Of a DNA stretch of 64,000 bases, positions 1-14,053 are shown in pieces (the first letter of the stretch is position 1; each line of letters begins with the position of its first letter). The notes beneath the pieces are model-generated. The model ran no database searches. It was given only the letters and a program-made list of their open reading frames with translations, and had not been told where the DNA came from. A program made the translations under genes and the position numbers. Source of the stretch: Protoeuglena noctilucae (lineage: Eukaryota); assembly GCA_958009085.1 (NCBI GenBank), contig OY253672.1:1-64000 (forward strand). Direction: 5' to 3'.

Positions 1-231
1 ACCCTAACCCTAACCCTAACCCTAACCCTAACCCTAACCCTAACCCTAACCCTAACCCTAACCCTAACCCTAACCCTAACCCTAACCCTAACCCTAACCC
101 TAACCCTAACCCTAACCCTAACCCTAACCCTAACCCTACCCTAACCCTAACCCTACCCTAACCCCTACTACCCTACCTTAAAAACTAACCCTACCTAACC
201 CTAACCCTTACCTGACCCTACCCTAACCCTA
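1..231. repeat. Telomeric repeat array (CCCTAA)n = (TTAGGG)n, degenerate at its proximal end
   Basis: Perfect CCCTAA hexamers from base 1 to ~136, then variants (CCCTA, CCCCTA, CCTGA, CTTA) to ~231. Located at the very start of the window. Confidence 0.98.
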
Positions 232-259
232 AGCTGTGGACCCTTTGAAGCGACTCAGT

Positions 260-2110
260 CAGTCTCGTCGCTGACGCCTTCCAACAGTGGCAGCATCGCC
301 GCGCTTGGCCACATACCGCGACCACCGCACGCTCTCACAGCACGTACACTCGGGCCAGGTGGGACCATTGCTCGACTGGCGAGTCTAGCCTCGTCCCCAC
401 ACACGCCATCAAAGAGGCTGATAAGCTGGCTTCGCCAGGTGCCTCATCACAGCGGCAGGCGCAGGTCGCCGTGGCGCAACACGGGTCCCACAGCTCACCT
501 GCACCGCACCGCACCTGTCAACCCCCTACCCACGCGCACCTAGACACACCTGCACTCGGATGTACACGACAGTGCGCCGCTTTCACACCTCACCACATCG
601 GCGCTCCCTCACCACTGCGCCAACCACCGTGCTGCTGCGAGAGCCAAGCTGCCTGCATCAGACCGTACCAAGCAGCATCAGAAACGAACCAACATGGCCG
701 CACCTCTTGCACTGCGCCTCTGCCGCGCCTGGCGCCTGCTAGTCCATCCGCCGCATCGCGCAACGACAGCGTCGCAGCCCATATGCCAACGCCCCGCGCC
801 CGCGCCCATCGCAGCTCCCCTGAGCAGCGACTGCAGCTGAACGCAAACGCCTACCACGCCTTTTCGTGAAAGCACCTACCTCACATTTCACAGCCAGCCT
901 ACTGCCCCACAGCAGTCCCCGAGGTCCGCAACAAAACACGCGTCGCAGCCGCCCTCGCCTGGCAACCAGGGCATGCGATAGACCGCCATTCCACTCGCTC
1001 ACCTTGTGGTAGCCTCACGGAAGCGTCTCTGACGCCACCCAACGCCGGCAGCCTCCCCGCACTTGGCCAAACCATCGCCAGCACACGCTCCAGCAGGCGC
1101 AGCACCCTTTGCCCCTGCCAGGTGACACCCTCGTGTACATGGCTAGTGCGCTTGTTCCCTCCTATGCCGACCCAGAGGCTGCCAAGGCGGCCTCGCCTTA
1201 TCGCAGGGGCAGGCGCAGGTCGCCAACACGCCACATGGGCACCGGAGCTCATGTGGGCTGCCCAGCACAACACTTGTCACCCCGCATGCGGACACCGCCG
1301 CCGCTTGAATGAATGTCCCGCACGGTGCGCATCCCTTCACTGCCTCACCGCATCGGGGCTCCCATGCCACCACCCGACTTGCGCGCTGCTGCGAAAGCCC
1401 AGCCCCCTGCAGCACGCCGCATGAAGCAGTGTCGACATGCGCAGGAATATGGTGACGCCTTGACGCCAAGGCAGTGCCACGCCTGGAATCGGCCAGCCCA
1501 CCCGGCACATCGCACAGCGACATCGATGCAGCCCATGTGCCCACCCCCAATCCCCCACCCATTGCAGCGACAGCCAGTCACGTGAACGCCCACAACACCT
1601 TCCTATGATGGCACCTACCTCGAAATTCACAGCCTGCGCCTTCCCCTAAGGCAAAGCATGAGGTGTAACTACACACACGCCCACACCCGCCCTCACCTGG
1701 TAAGCAGCAGGTACAGCAGGCTCCCTGTCACGAACTGCCTTCCACGCAGCTTCATGGGAGCGTCACTGACGCCCTCGAACGAGGCTGGCAGCCTCCCCAA
1801 ACTTGGCCAACCCATCGCCAACGTACGCTCCAGCAGGCGCAGCGCCCTTTGCCCAGATCAGATAACGCCGTCGTGTACATGGCGAGTGCATCCTCGCTCC
1901 CTCGTAAGCTGGCGCAAATGGCTTCTCCAGCTTCCTCATCGCAGCGTCAGGCGCAGGTCGCCATGGCGTGTCGTTGGTGCCGCGGCTCACCTGGCACCTG
2001 CCACTCATCGACCCGGACGCAGCCATATACACCACCACCCGGTTGTTAGCACGTTGCATTGCCCACGCACCTCACCGCATCAGCGCTCCATGCACCTCGC
2101 CCCACCGGTC
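260..2110. repeat. Degenerate subtelomeric tandem repeat, ~2.5-3 copies of a ~740-760 bp unit
   Basis: Shared anchors recur at ~750-bp spacing: 'ctgacgcc...ggcagc...cttggcca' at ~271/1029/1766; 'caggcgcaggtcgcc' at ~456/1210/1948; 'cctcacc(a/g)catc(g/a)g' at ~588/1343/2070; 'ttcacagcc' at ~887/1626. Confidence 0.8.
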
Positions 2111-2135
2111 TGCTCTCTACTTCGCCCCATGGACG

Positions 2136-2714
2136 GGCGTCGTGTGCATGGGTCAGGGGAGTCGCGTGACCATGCAAGGAGGGCGCATCACGGGGTCCCG
2201 GGGTTTCCAAGGGCTGGCGTGCGAGCAGGGCGGGAGCGCTGAGCTGCGGGAGGTGCACATCGCAGATTGCAAGCTGAGCGGCGTGTGCTGCAACGGTGCT
2301 GGCAGCCAGGTGGACATGCAAGGGGGACAGATTGCCGGGTCGGTGATGCTCGACGGGTTCGCTTGCCTGGAGGGTGGACAGGCGCGCGTGGACGGCACGG
2401 AGATCGCAGGCTGCAAGCGGCACGGTGTCCTGAGCTGTGGGGCGGGGAGCGAGGTCGTCGTGCATGAAAGCCGCATCGTGGGGTCCGTGGAAGGCCATGG
2501 GGTGGCATGCCAGCGGGGGGGTTGGACGGAGGTGCGGGACGCGCACATCACCGACTGCAAGCTGAGCGGCGTGTGCAGTGTGGATGAGGGCAGCCTGGTG
2601 GAGGTAAATGGGGGTCACATCGCGGGACCTCCGGGTGGCCTCGACGTCTTGTGCGCACGTGGGGGGCAGGCAAGGGTCCATGGCAATGAGGGGGCGGATG
2701 GCACACGGGGGTAG
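2136..2714 (+). CDS. Right-handed parallel beta-helix repeat protein (pectin lyase-like fold); probably 5'-truncated or a pseudogene
   Basis: About four 48-aa units of the pattern GV.C.G.GS.V.M.GG.I.GS....G..C..GG.A......I..CK..G. The DNA repeat tgcaagctgagcggcgtgtgc occurs at 2268 and 2556 (288 nt apart). The repeat register starts before the first ATG (2148). TAG stop at 2712-2714. Confidence 0.7.
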   Translation, partial: GVVCMGQGSRVTMQGGRITGSRGFQGLACEQGGSAELREVHIADCKLSGVCCNGAGSQVDMQGGQIAGSVMLDGFACLEGGQARVDGTEIAGCKRHGVLSCGAGSEVVVHESRIVGSVEGHGVACQRGGWTEVRDAHITDCKLSGVCSVDEGSLVEVNGGHIAGPPGGLDVLCARGGQARVHGNEGADGTRG

Positions 2715-2873
2715 ATGGCACAGCGGCCCGTTGGTCAGCGGCGCTCGATGCTGCGGGCCTGCTTCGCTATTGATGCTCGAGGCGCTTCGTATTGCTGCCA
2801 GCGACAGTTGAATCCCCGCAGGCGCCATCGCAGCCACTAAAATGTGCTGCTTGCGTCGCCCTAGGCCGCCAAT

Positions 2874-4812
<1,939 letters not shown>

Positions 4813-5288
4813 GGCGACTGCGGCTTGTCCAGCCCGCCCTGCCCTTCTTTGTGAGCGAATGCAACAAATGCTGTGCTTGGAGCGCCTCAGACCAAGGCCC
4901 CGGCTTTTAGGGAGAGCCAAGCTCAACGACGCTGCTGTCGCTGCCGCTGGGTCGCGAGGACAACTCGGAAGTGATGCCAAGACGCGACTTCGATGCAGGC
5001 ACCTATCGCCGCAGCCGTCGCATCAAGACCCTGCACAGGGCGCTGGGGACCGTGCCCTGCCGGCGGCGTGCAGGATTCGGGTTTCCTCGTTACAACGCCT
5101 TCGACGGCGACTGTGCGGGTCTTGCGTTCCTCGCACTGCATCTACCGCCCTCACCTCCGTGTCCGACGGCGCATTGCGTCCCAGCTGCCGCATCCGTCTC
5201 TGCCCTAGCAGCCGCTCCTCCAGCGCTCGCCCGCGCGCCCCAGCCCGTGCATTGGCGCCCCCAGCGCATTGACGTGTTTACGTGCGCG

Positions 5289-6055
5289 ATGTCGAAGAAG
5301 AACCGCCTGTCGACGCGGCGGCGTGCGCACGCCTTCTCCCTGAAGAGTGCGTTGCGCACCGCGGCGCGGCTCCCTTTGCCCGCGCGGCCCTTCTTGCGTC
5401 GTAGCGAGAGCTATTCCTGTGCTCTGCATCCCCGGCTCGGTCCGCGCGCCGCCAGCAGGCCTGCGCATCGCGTCGCCGTCCATCTGCCCGCCCGCAGTGG
5501 AGCAGAAGGCTCGGCTGAAGGTGCAGAAGGGGGCGCTGAAGCGGAAAGTCAAGCACGCGGCGGACGTTGCGGCGGACGAGCTCGCCAAGGTTGGCCATGG
5601 CGCGTGCGGTCGCATGGGTGGTTAGCGGGGACTCGCTGTACACACACAAAGGCTCCCCCGCGTGCCCTTTTGCAGCTGATGGCGCCCGCCGATGCCCCGA
5701 CCGCGGCGGACGCACCCTCCACGTCCGGCCTGGGTGCCTCGTCGGAGTACCGCGCCCTCGAGTCCCACTACGAGCGCCCGGAGGGGGGCACGGCCGCGCC
5801 TGAGCCCAAGCCGGACCACAACGCCGTGAAGTTTCAGCGGAGGATGCCGCGGCTGAGGAAGGGCGCGGTTGTGCGGGGGATCAAGGTGAGGGGGGGTCGA
5901 GAGCTGGAGGGGGCATGCATTGGCGGGCGCACCACGGCCGGCGCCCCTCACACGCTCCCCCTCTGTGCTCTTTGCAGATCGTGGATGCGGCGACGAGGAA
6001 GCAGGTGGAGGCAATTTTGGCAGCGGAGAAGGAGGGCAAGATGGACATGGGCTAG
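5289..6055 (+). CDS. Small basic hypothetical protein (~145 aa, 4 exons)
   Basis: Spliced: MSKKNRLSTRRRAHAFSLKMEQKARLKVQK...RLRKGAVVRGIK|IVDAATRKQVEAILAAEKEGKMDMG*. Three GT-AG introns with consistent phases. The N-terminus resembles, from memory, plant 'MSKKN..KRKKQHEFDL' small proteins. Confidence 0.7.
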
Positions 6056-6163
6056 CGGAGTGGGCTTATGTGGCGCGCGCGATGGGCAGGCATGGCGCCA
6101 TGCATGGCTTTGATGTCGTCACGTGTGGATTCAAACACGGCAGGCCATTGCAATGGGCAGGCA

Positions 6164-9100
6164 TCACGTCGTCTGCGCCTGCCCCCCCGGGGCGTCCCTG
6201 CGCCTCGCCCTCCCCCCCAGCAGCTCCGCCAGTCTCTGCGGCAGCGTCGACAGCGACACGGCCTCCTCCACCCGCCTGGCGCTCTCCACCGACCGCAGCG
6301 TCACGCGCTCCCCCGCGTGGAAGGCCTCGTGGTCCAGCAGCACCATCCAGCGAAGGCCGCGCTGCTGCGCGAAGCTGTACTGCTCTTGGGCGCTGGGGCT
6401 GGCGGCGCCGAGCATCTCCGCACGGATGCCCGCCTCCCACAGCGTGCGGCAGATCTGCATCCTGCATGACACACAGGGACAGGACCAATGCTCAGCTCAC
6501 GCGAAGTCGGCAAGGCCACCCACCGCTGCCATTGCCTGCCCTTGGCGTCACGCCCTGCACCTCTCGCGTAGGAGCCCTCCCCCCCCCTTGGCGCACACCA
6601 TGACGCCGAGGCCGGCGCTGTGCAGCCAGGGGCGCCCGTCCGCCCCCTTCCGCTCCTCCCTCGCCCTCACGTACCCCACCAGCTTGTCGATGTGCACGGT
6701 GGCACCCACGGCGCCGGGGGCCGCGGGCACGCCGGGGCGGGTCGGCCTGAGATGGGGAGGAGCGGGGCGGTGTTGGGTTAGCACAGGACATGGCTGCTTG
6801 ATTCACATCGCATGCCTCACCTGAGCAGGGGTGGGAGCTGGTCGCATGGCAGCTCCTCTTGCACGATACCACAAGCCCATTGCCTGCCTCCGCCTGTGTC
6901 CTTGACCAGCAAATGGCATCGCATTCCTCACCAGTACTCTTTCACGAGCAGGTCGAACCTCCCCCCCACGGCGACCGTGTCCGAGGTGCCCCCCGGCGCC
7001 TGGCCGTGGGAGTGGGCGTGGTGGGGGGTGGCGCGGGGCTTGAGGCGGACCTGGAAGATGGAGCCGGACGCGCAGTCCATGTGCTTGGGGATGACTGCGA
7101 GGAGAGCGAGTGACAGGGTGACTCGCACATTGCATGCAGGCGTCGAGCGTGGCACGGCCGCTCTGGCAAGGCGCGCACCGGGGTCCAGGCAGACGTGGGA
7201 GGGGGCCATCCCCCACGCGACGAGGAACCTGGCCAGCGCCTGGCACTCTTCCAGCGCCAGTGCCGCTCTCTCGTCCCCCTTCAGCGCCGCCAGCAGTCGC
7301 GGGCAGGCGTCATCTGCCGGCCCGCACAGCTGCGACACGGCCGTGAGTCCCTTCTCCACGGCGCTGCTCTCCAGGCCCAGACCCTCGAGGCCCTTCCTGA
7401 GAAGAGGGGGACAAGGGAGTGGCAGGGTGAGGGCCAAGGTTGGGGAAAGCGAATGAAAGAGTGGCGGGTGAGGCTTCTGTTGAAGTCAAGCAACGTGGGG
7501 GTGGCAGGGTCAGCTCACACCACCCCGCTTGCCCATGCACCGCCCTGCCCACTCGCCGTATCTCCAGCCACGGCCCCGCGCGCCCCGACTTCCCCCCCGG
7601 CAGCAGGATGGGCTTGCTCTTGGCCGCCGACGCCAGCAGCGCCGCCGCGCTCTCCCGGTGCTGCGCGGGCACCCCCAGGAAGAGGTCCATGAGAAGAGAC
7701 AGCAGCGCCGAGTGGGACACGCGCACCTCCACCTCGCAGTCCTCCAGGAGACCCATCCGGCGCAGAGACTCCACCTGGGGAGAGGGAGAAGCAGGGCGAT
7801 AGAGTGGAGCTGGCTGGATCACATGGTACAGACTGCAAGCAGCGTTGTGTTCATGTCTCACGCACCACGGCGTGCACCAGCTCCGCGGTGACCACGGCGC
7901 CGTCTGCCCGGGAGCACCCGCCCCGGTGGAGGAAGTCGATGTCGGCGACGGTGAACTCACGGGGGAGCTGGCCCGCGCGCTCCTTGGACTGGCGACGCAC
8001 CGTGGCGATCTGCAGTGAGCGATGGCAAGCGACGGTCAGTTATACTAACCATATCCAACCCCACTTTGCCCACTCTACCACTGCCCCACCCCGCTAGTAA
8101 CACACGCACCTCGTATCGCCTGAGGTTGACGACGGCGTCTGCCCTTGACCCGTCTGCCGCCAGCTCTGCCACCTGCGCCCCCAGCCACCGCGCGAAGGGG
8201 CGGCGCATCTCGTACCTCACACCCAGGGCGTGGCCGGCGGAGGAGAGCAGAGACGCGGCGTCGGATGGCAGCGACCCCTGGGGCAGGAACCCCAGCGCCG
8301 TGGATGTCATGGGAGCCGCGCCGTGGTGGGACAGCGTCTCACGCAGCGCCTCCACCACCTGGGGTAGGAGAGGGGAGGGGGAGGGAGGGTGTCATGACAG
8401 GGTCTCAAGCGAAGAGACTCCATTGCCTAAGGACACACTGGTCATGGTCACGAGAGGGGAGGGTGTGGGCGGAGGAGCGATGCACCGGCCAGTGGGCGCG
8501 GGGCAGTGGCACCGTCGGCCGTCGCTGTGGCAGGGTGCTAGAGGCCGCCCGGGGTGGGGAGCCGCGGGCGGCTCGATGATCCCTGCGTCTGTGTTGGGCA
8601 TGCGTGCGCATGTGCGCGTGTGCATGTGCGCAGTGCACGCAGACACCCCTCGCCTGCTCCCTCAGGTGCACGGCCACGTCCGCGCGTGGCGTGCCCGGCA
8701 GGTCCTGGAGTGCCGAGAGATGGGCGCGGAGACCGGCGGCGTCGGCGGCGGGGAGGGGATCCGCGGCAGTGCCCCCGGGCGGCAGGGGTGACGCGGTGGC
8801 TGCGGCTGCCCTCTCCCTGCCGATCTCAAACACGCGCTCCATGACCATGTCCAGGTGCTTGGGGTTCTTGTCCAATGCACTGCATGGGGGAGGCGTGTGG
8901 GTGTGTGGTGACACGACACCACGGTCGGCATCCATGCCCATGCATCGCCACCCATGTCCCTCACCGCAGCATGACCCTCATCTCATGCATCGCCACCCCT
9001 GCCACGCATCTCACCGCAGCATGACCCTCAGCTCCTCGTCCTCCACGGTGCGCGGCAGCAGGTCCGACTTGAGCAACTCACGGGCGGAGGGGCGCTGGGA

Positions 9101-12100
9101 GGGGTCGCGGCTGCACAGCCACGCGACCATGCGCGCCACGGCCGCGTGGCGCTTGTGGATCTCGGGGGGGACCTGGGGGGGGAGGGGGGAGTGGCACACA
9201 TGGGGTCATCAACGCACACATGCTGCCATGGCACACATGCAGTCACGGTACGCATGGTTACAACACGCATGGCCATATCCCACGTCTTTCATCCCCTCAC
9301 CGTCCCCCTCTCCCTCAGCGCCTGCAGCTTCTGCACCCTCTCGGAGTTGGTGGTGAACCGCGCCCATATCTCGCATGCCACCACCCCCAGGCTGTATATG
9401 TCGGCCTTGGTGGCGTCGGGGGAAGACGCGGCCCAGCCCCCGTGCACCTCGGGGGCCATGTACAGGGGGGTGCCCACCATGCCCGTCTCGCCGTCGCGGC
9501 GACCTGTAGGACAGGCATGAGTGGGAGAGGCATGAGTGCATGCCGCTGCCACGCAGCCCTTCTCCCTCCCACTCCCCCACTCTCCCTCCCCTCCCCCCTC
9601 ACCTGACCTCCTCCCCCTCTCCCCCCTCCCTCCCTCCTCCGCCTCCGCCCCCCCCCCGGATGCCTTGGCCAGACCGAAGTCCCCGATCTTGATCTCCCCC
9701 GTGGCTGCCCCCAGGAAGATGTTCTGGGGCTTCAGGTCCCGGTGCACGATGCCCTGGGCGTGGATGTGGGCCAGCCCCGCCAGCAGCTGCCGCAGCACGT
9801 CCCACCTACGCTCGTCCGTCAGCGTGGCGCCGCCGTCCACCAGCACCGAGTCGAGGGTGCGGGGGCAGAACTCCATCTGGATGTACAGCAGCCGGCGTGG
9901 GGGGGAGGGGCCGGGGGGGGGGGCGACGATGGCGGCCGCCCCAGGAACTGCCCTCGTCACTGCTGCCGCTCTCATCGGATGCAGACGCACTCTCGGAGCT
10001 GCCGCCGTGCCTTGCACCCATTGCACCCACCCCCCCGCCCTCCTCTGCCCGCGTCGGCGCCGTCTCCGCCCCCGTCCCTGTCCCCGTCTGCGCCGTCTGC
10101 GCTGTCTGTGCCGTCTCCGTGGTCCCCCCCTGCCCCGTGCCCCCCGGCGTGTCCGTGGTGCTCCACAGTCGGTCCTCGCCCCCTCCCCCGTCCCAGAAGG
10201 GGTCGCCCTCATCCACGGCAGAGGGGGCGCGCAGCAGGCCCAGGCCGGACGAGGGCGCCATCACCACACCCTCACTGGCAAGGGGACCATCCGTGGACTC
10301 TCCGCTCTCCGCGGCCCCCTCGTCCCACCCCTCGCTTTCCCCCAGACCCTGCCCCGTCTCACTGCCACTCTCGCTTCCACTCTCAACCTCGCTCTCCCCA
10401 TCCCCGTCCCCGGTCACCGCCACCCGCACTGCCCCCGCCGGCACCCCCCTCAGTGCCCTCCCCGCCGCCCTGGCTGCGATGCGCGGGGTGGCAGCCACGG
10501 CGCCGTCCCCCGCCCCCCTCCCCTCCGGTGCCAGCATCAGCTGCGCACCCGACGCGCTCTCCCCACTCCCGGACGCGGCTGGCATGGGTGCGTCCAAAGG
10601 CAGCTGCACGGGGGCAGCCACCGCCTTTGCCACTGCCATTCCCACTCCCCCGCTGACCTCGGGGGTGGCGGCTGCCGTGTGTAACTTGTGCCGTGCGTCG
10701 GGCGGGGGCACGAAAGGGTGCCACTCGCTGAGGCTGTCCTCCATGGCAGCCCCGCGCGCGCGGCCACCCACGCGGTCACCCCTCCTGTCATTCCCATTGG
10801 CGGGGCGTGGCATGGGGGGGGTGCGTGGGGTGACCTCCTCAATCCACGACTGGAAGTACCGGACCACTGGGGGTAGGGAGAGGAGATGAGGGGGAGAGGT
10901 GTGATGGGGGTGTGCAGTGGCATGAGATCGTGCATTGCATCTGCTGTTCTGTGTTGGATCCCTCACCGTTGGGGTGCTGCAGCCGTGACAGGGTGGTGAC
11001 TTCGCGGAGGATGCGCTCCAATGCACCGCCCTCTGCGGGGCCCAGGTCGATCTTCTTGATGGCTGGGGGGATGAGGAGGGGGGGAGAGTCGCATCATGTG
11101 AGTGACATATGGCCGTCCACCTCGCATGCCTGGTGTCACGTACACCCAGAGGCAGTGAGCCACTGACCCAGCCCCCCTCGCATGCATGGAGTCACTCGCC
11201 CCCCATGGGCAGTGAGTCACTGAGTGACCCACTCTGCCCCCCCGCATGCACAGCATACACACCCTGCCCCCCCTCACCAACCCACCCTGCCTGCCCCCCC
11301 CCGCATGCACACTGTCACCCTCACCGTACAGCCTGCGGTCGATGCGGTTCTCTGCCGCGTACACCACCCCGAACCCCCCCTTCCCCAGACGCTGCCGCTC
11401 CTCAAAGTCTGCCAGGTACCGACTGTGGATGGGGGGGGCGGGGGGAGGGGGGCGGGGGGGGGGGGACAGGGGGTGCGGCCCTTGCCCCCTTGGCACCCCC
11501 GGGCATCAGCAGGGCGAGGCGGGAGTGGAGGTCCGGCCATATGCGGCTGGGCAATGACGATGCACCCGATGCGTCGCGGGAGGGGGCCACGGGGGTCCAT
11601 GGGTGGCGGGCGAGGAGGTGGCGGCAGATGCGGGGGACCAACTCCGGCTGGCGCTCCTGCAAGCGTGGGTGTGTGGGTGTGTGTGAATGAGAGAGAGAGA
11701 GTGAGTAGAGTGCGTGTAATGCAAGGGGTGGATGCGGCATGCGATGGCTGCGGTGGTGTGCCAGTCTCACCAGGAGGTGTCGCATCCAGGGGGACAGCAG
11801 CCCCGCCACGTGGAGGGTCTCGGCCAGGGATGCCAGGGCGTGGCGGCCACTCGCAGTCGCACTCGCCGCCTCCCCGCTCAGCACCCGCTCCACCAGCATG
11901 TGGCCCAGCAGCACCTCCTGACGCACGGCAGAGGCGGGGGCAGAGGTGTGGCCGGAGGGGCCGGGGGTGGCGCGCCCGGTGCCCTCCCACCCGCTGCCCC
12001 GGGGGGGCTGGATGATGTCGCGGAGGGCGGCGGGGAGGACGCCGAGCAGCGACTCGGAGAGCTGAGACTCCAGAGAGGGGAGGGCGGGGGGAGCAGGGAC

Positions 12101-13536
12101 GGGGGCGAGTGCGGGAGAGGGGCCCTGTGGCATCCCGGGTGCCGCGTCCACCTCCGCGACCAGGCCTGCGAGGGATGCGGTGATGTTGTCAATGCAGGCA
12201 GGAGATGGCTGGGAGAGAGCATGCAAGCATGCGCGGGGCGTGCACTTGCCTGCAAGGGCCGTGGATGGCGACTGGGGAGCAGTGGGTCCCCCTCCCCCGC
12301 TGCCCCTCAACCCCCGCGCCGCCTGCCCCGCCCTGGGCCCCCGCCCCGCCCCCGCGTTCACCGCCACCCCCGCCCCTGCCGCGCCATGGCCCTCGTCGAA
12401 GAGGGACCCCCCAGGCCCCCACGCTCCCTGCCCCGCCCCCTCTGCGTACTGCGCCTCGAGCATCGCAGACAGGGGGTCATGCGCCGCGCGGGAGAGACCC
12501 GAGGCAGCCACGCTGGGCTCCGGGTCCGGGGGTGCAGGGGGGGGCGGGGCGCGGGCGTCGCGTGGCATGGCCGCCAGCCGCAGCTCAAGCAGAGCATCTG
12601 GGGGGGAGGAGACGGGGCTGTCTGGTGTCAGTCGCTGCCAGCAAGCCCTTGGGTCAAGACCCGCTGCCTTGCCGACGCCCTCGATGGTTGCTGTGGCATC
12701 TGGGCACATCCCCCCATGCTTGATGCTTGGCGTGGCACATCATGTCACGTCCGTCACCGTTGATGTCCCCCACGAATTCCTTGGCGTCTAGGTACAGTCT
12801 CCACACGGACGGCTCCCCCTGCGCCGCCTGCCCCTCCGCCGTGGCCTCCAGCTGCCCCCTCAGCTCCAGCAGCGTGGCCCGGTCGATGCCAACGGGGTCG
12901 GCCAGGCGCACGTCGGGGCGGGAGCGGGGGTAGCCCTCGTCGAATCTGCGGAGAGGGAAGGCGTTGCGATATCATCATCACCAGAGTCATGGAGGCATGG
13001 CATGGTTGGGGGACTGACTGCCTTGCACCACCCACCGCAGCTGCAGCTGCACCGAGGCGAGGTTGCCGGTGCTGGCATCCTCCGGTCCCTCCGCCACGTC
13101 GTATGGCAGCACGCGCATGCGCACCCCCCAGCCATCCTCGTCCACTTGGATGTTGCCCTGGAGACCAGAGGGGCAAGAGGGACGTGAGAGTGAAGACAGC
13201 GGTGGCGCTAAGAGTCAGCCAGCCTCAACGGGACTGGCCAGGGTGTGATCGGAGATGCAAGCAGAGAGTGAGTGCGAAGTTCGGCAAACGCTGGCTCCCC
13301 GCCGTGGGGCGCGGACGAGCGCACGCATCCCTGCTCACGCTTGCAGGCCGCCCCCTGGCCCGCTCGAGTTCGCGACCTCTCCGATGGCCACGGCAAATCG
13401 GTAATTGCAATCATCTCCGCATGATCGTCACCTCGAAGATCTGCATCAGGGACTCGAGCTCCTGGACCAGGTCCTCGCAGCCGGGCGTGTCCGCCGGCCG
13501 GCCTCGGGAGTTCTTCTTCCTCTTGACCTTCACCAT
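6164..13536 (-). CDS. GCN2: eIF2-alpha kinase GCN2 (RWD, kinase with long insert, HisRS-like and anticodon-binding domains), multi-exon
   Basis: RWD start DLVQELESLMQIFE. Kinase motifs SRYLADFEERQRLGKGGFGVV, REVTTLSRLQHPN, VVRYFQSWIE, LYIQMEFC, IVHRDLKPQNIFL, KIGDFGLAK, VGTPLYMAPE, KADIYSLG. HisRS-like motifs LGVRYEMRRPFARW, VAVGGRFDLL. C-terminal QICRTLWEAGIRAE. Confidence 0.93.
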
Positions 13537-14053
13537 GGTGCCCGACGCGAAATGACTCTCCCGTGCTCAGAGATGTGGCCGCGCCGGGCAGCGCCAGGCG
13601 TGGAGCGGGCACCCAGTCGCCGGACTTGCCGCAAAAGGCGAGAACGCTGGATCGCTCGGAACGATCAATGACTCTTCGCAACGAGCAGGTCAATCAGCAT
13701 TCATGCATCCAGCAGCAGCCTCCCAGGCGTCTGCAGGCCGCGCATTGCTGAGCCAAAGTCAGCCACGGCTCACACCAGGGCAGCCGCCCCGAATCGTCTC
13801 TGCATTGGGTAGGGCTCCACTTCCCAGATGTTGACGTGGTCCCTGCTTACGGATGGCCCAGATGTGGCGGGGACCCGCAGCCTCAGTTAAAGCCCTTCTG
13901 ACGGGCTTTACCTCGACCCAATTGTCACGAGCGTGGGCCACTAACGGGTGCGGGGACAGAAGTAAGATGCGCAGGGGACAAGACTTAAGGTCTCGTCCAC
14001 GCGACAGGCTGTCGCAGCTCCCCCGTAGGTCATGTAGCATGCTCCGCTGAAAC

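Noticed and set aside
9900..10850. ~300-aa low-complexity acidic stretch inside the GCN2 kinase, possibly an insertion element
   Set aside because: It sits between VVRYFQSW and LYIQMEFC, the known variable insert of eIF2-alpha kinases. It is in frame and has no element termini.
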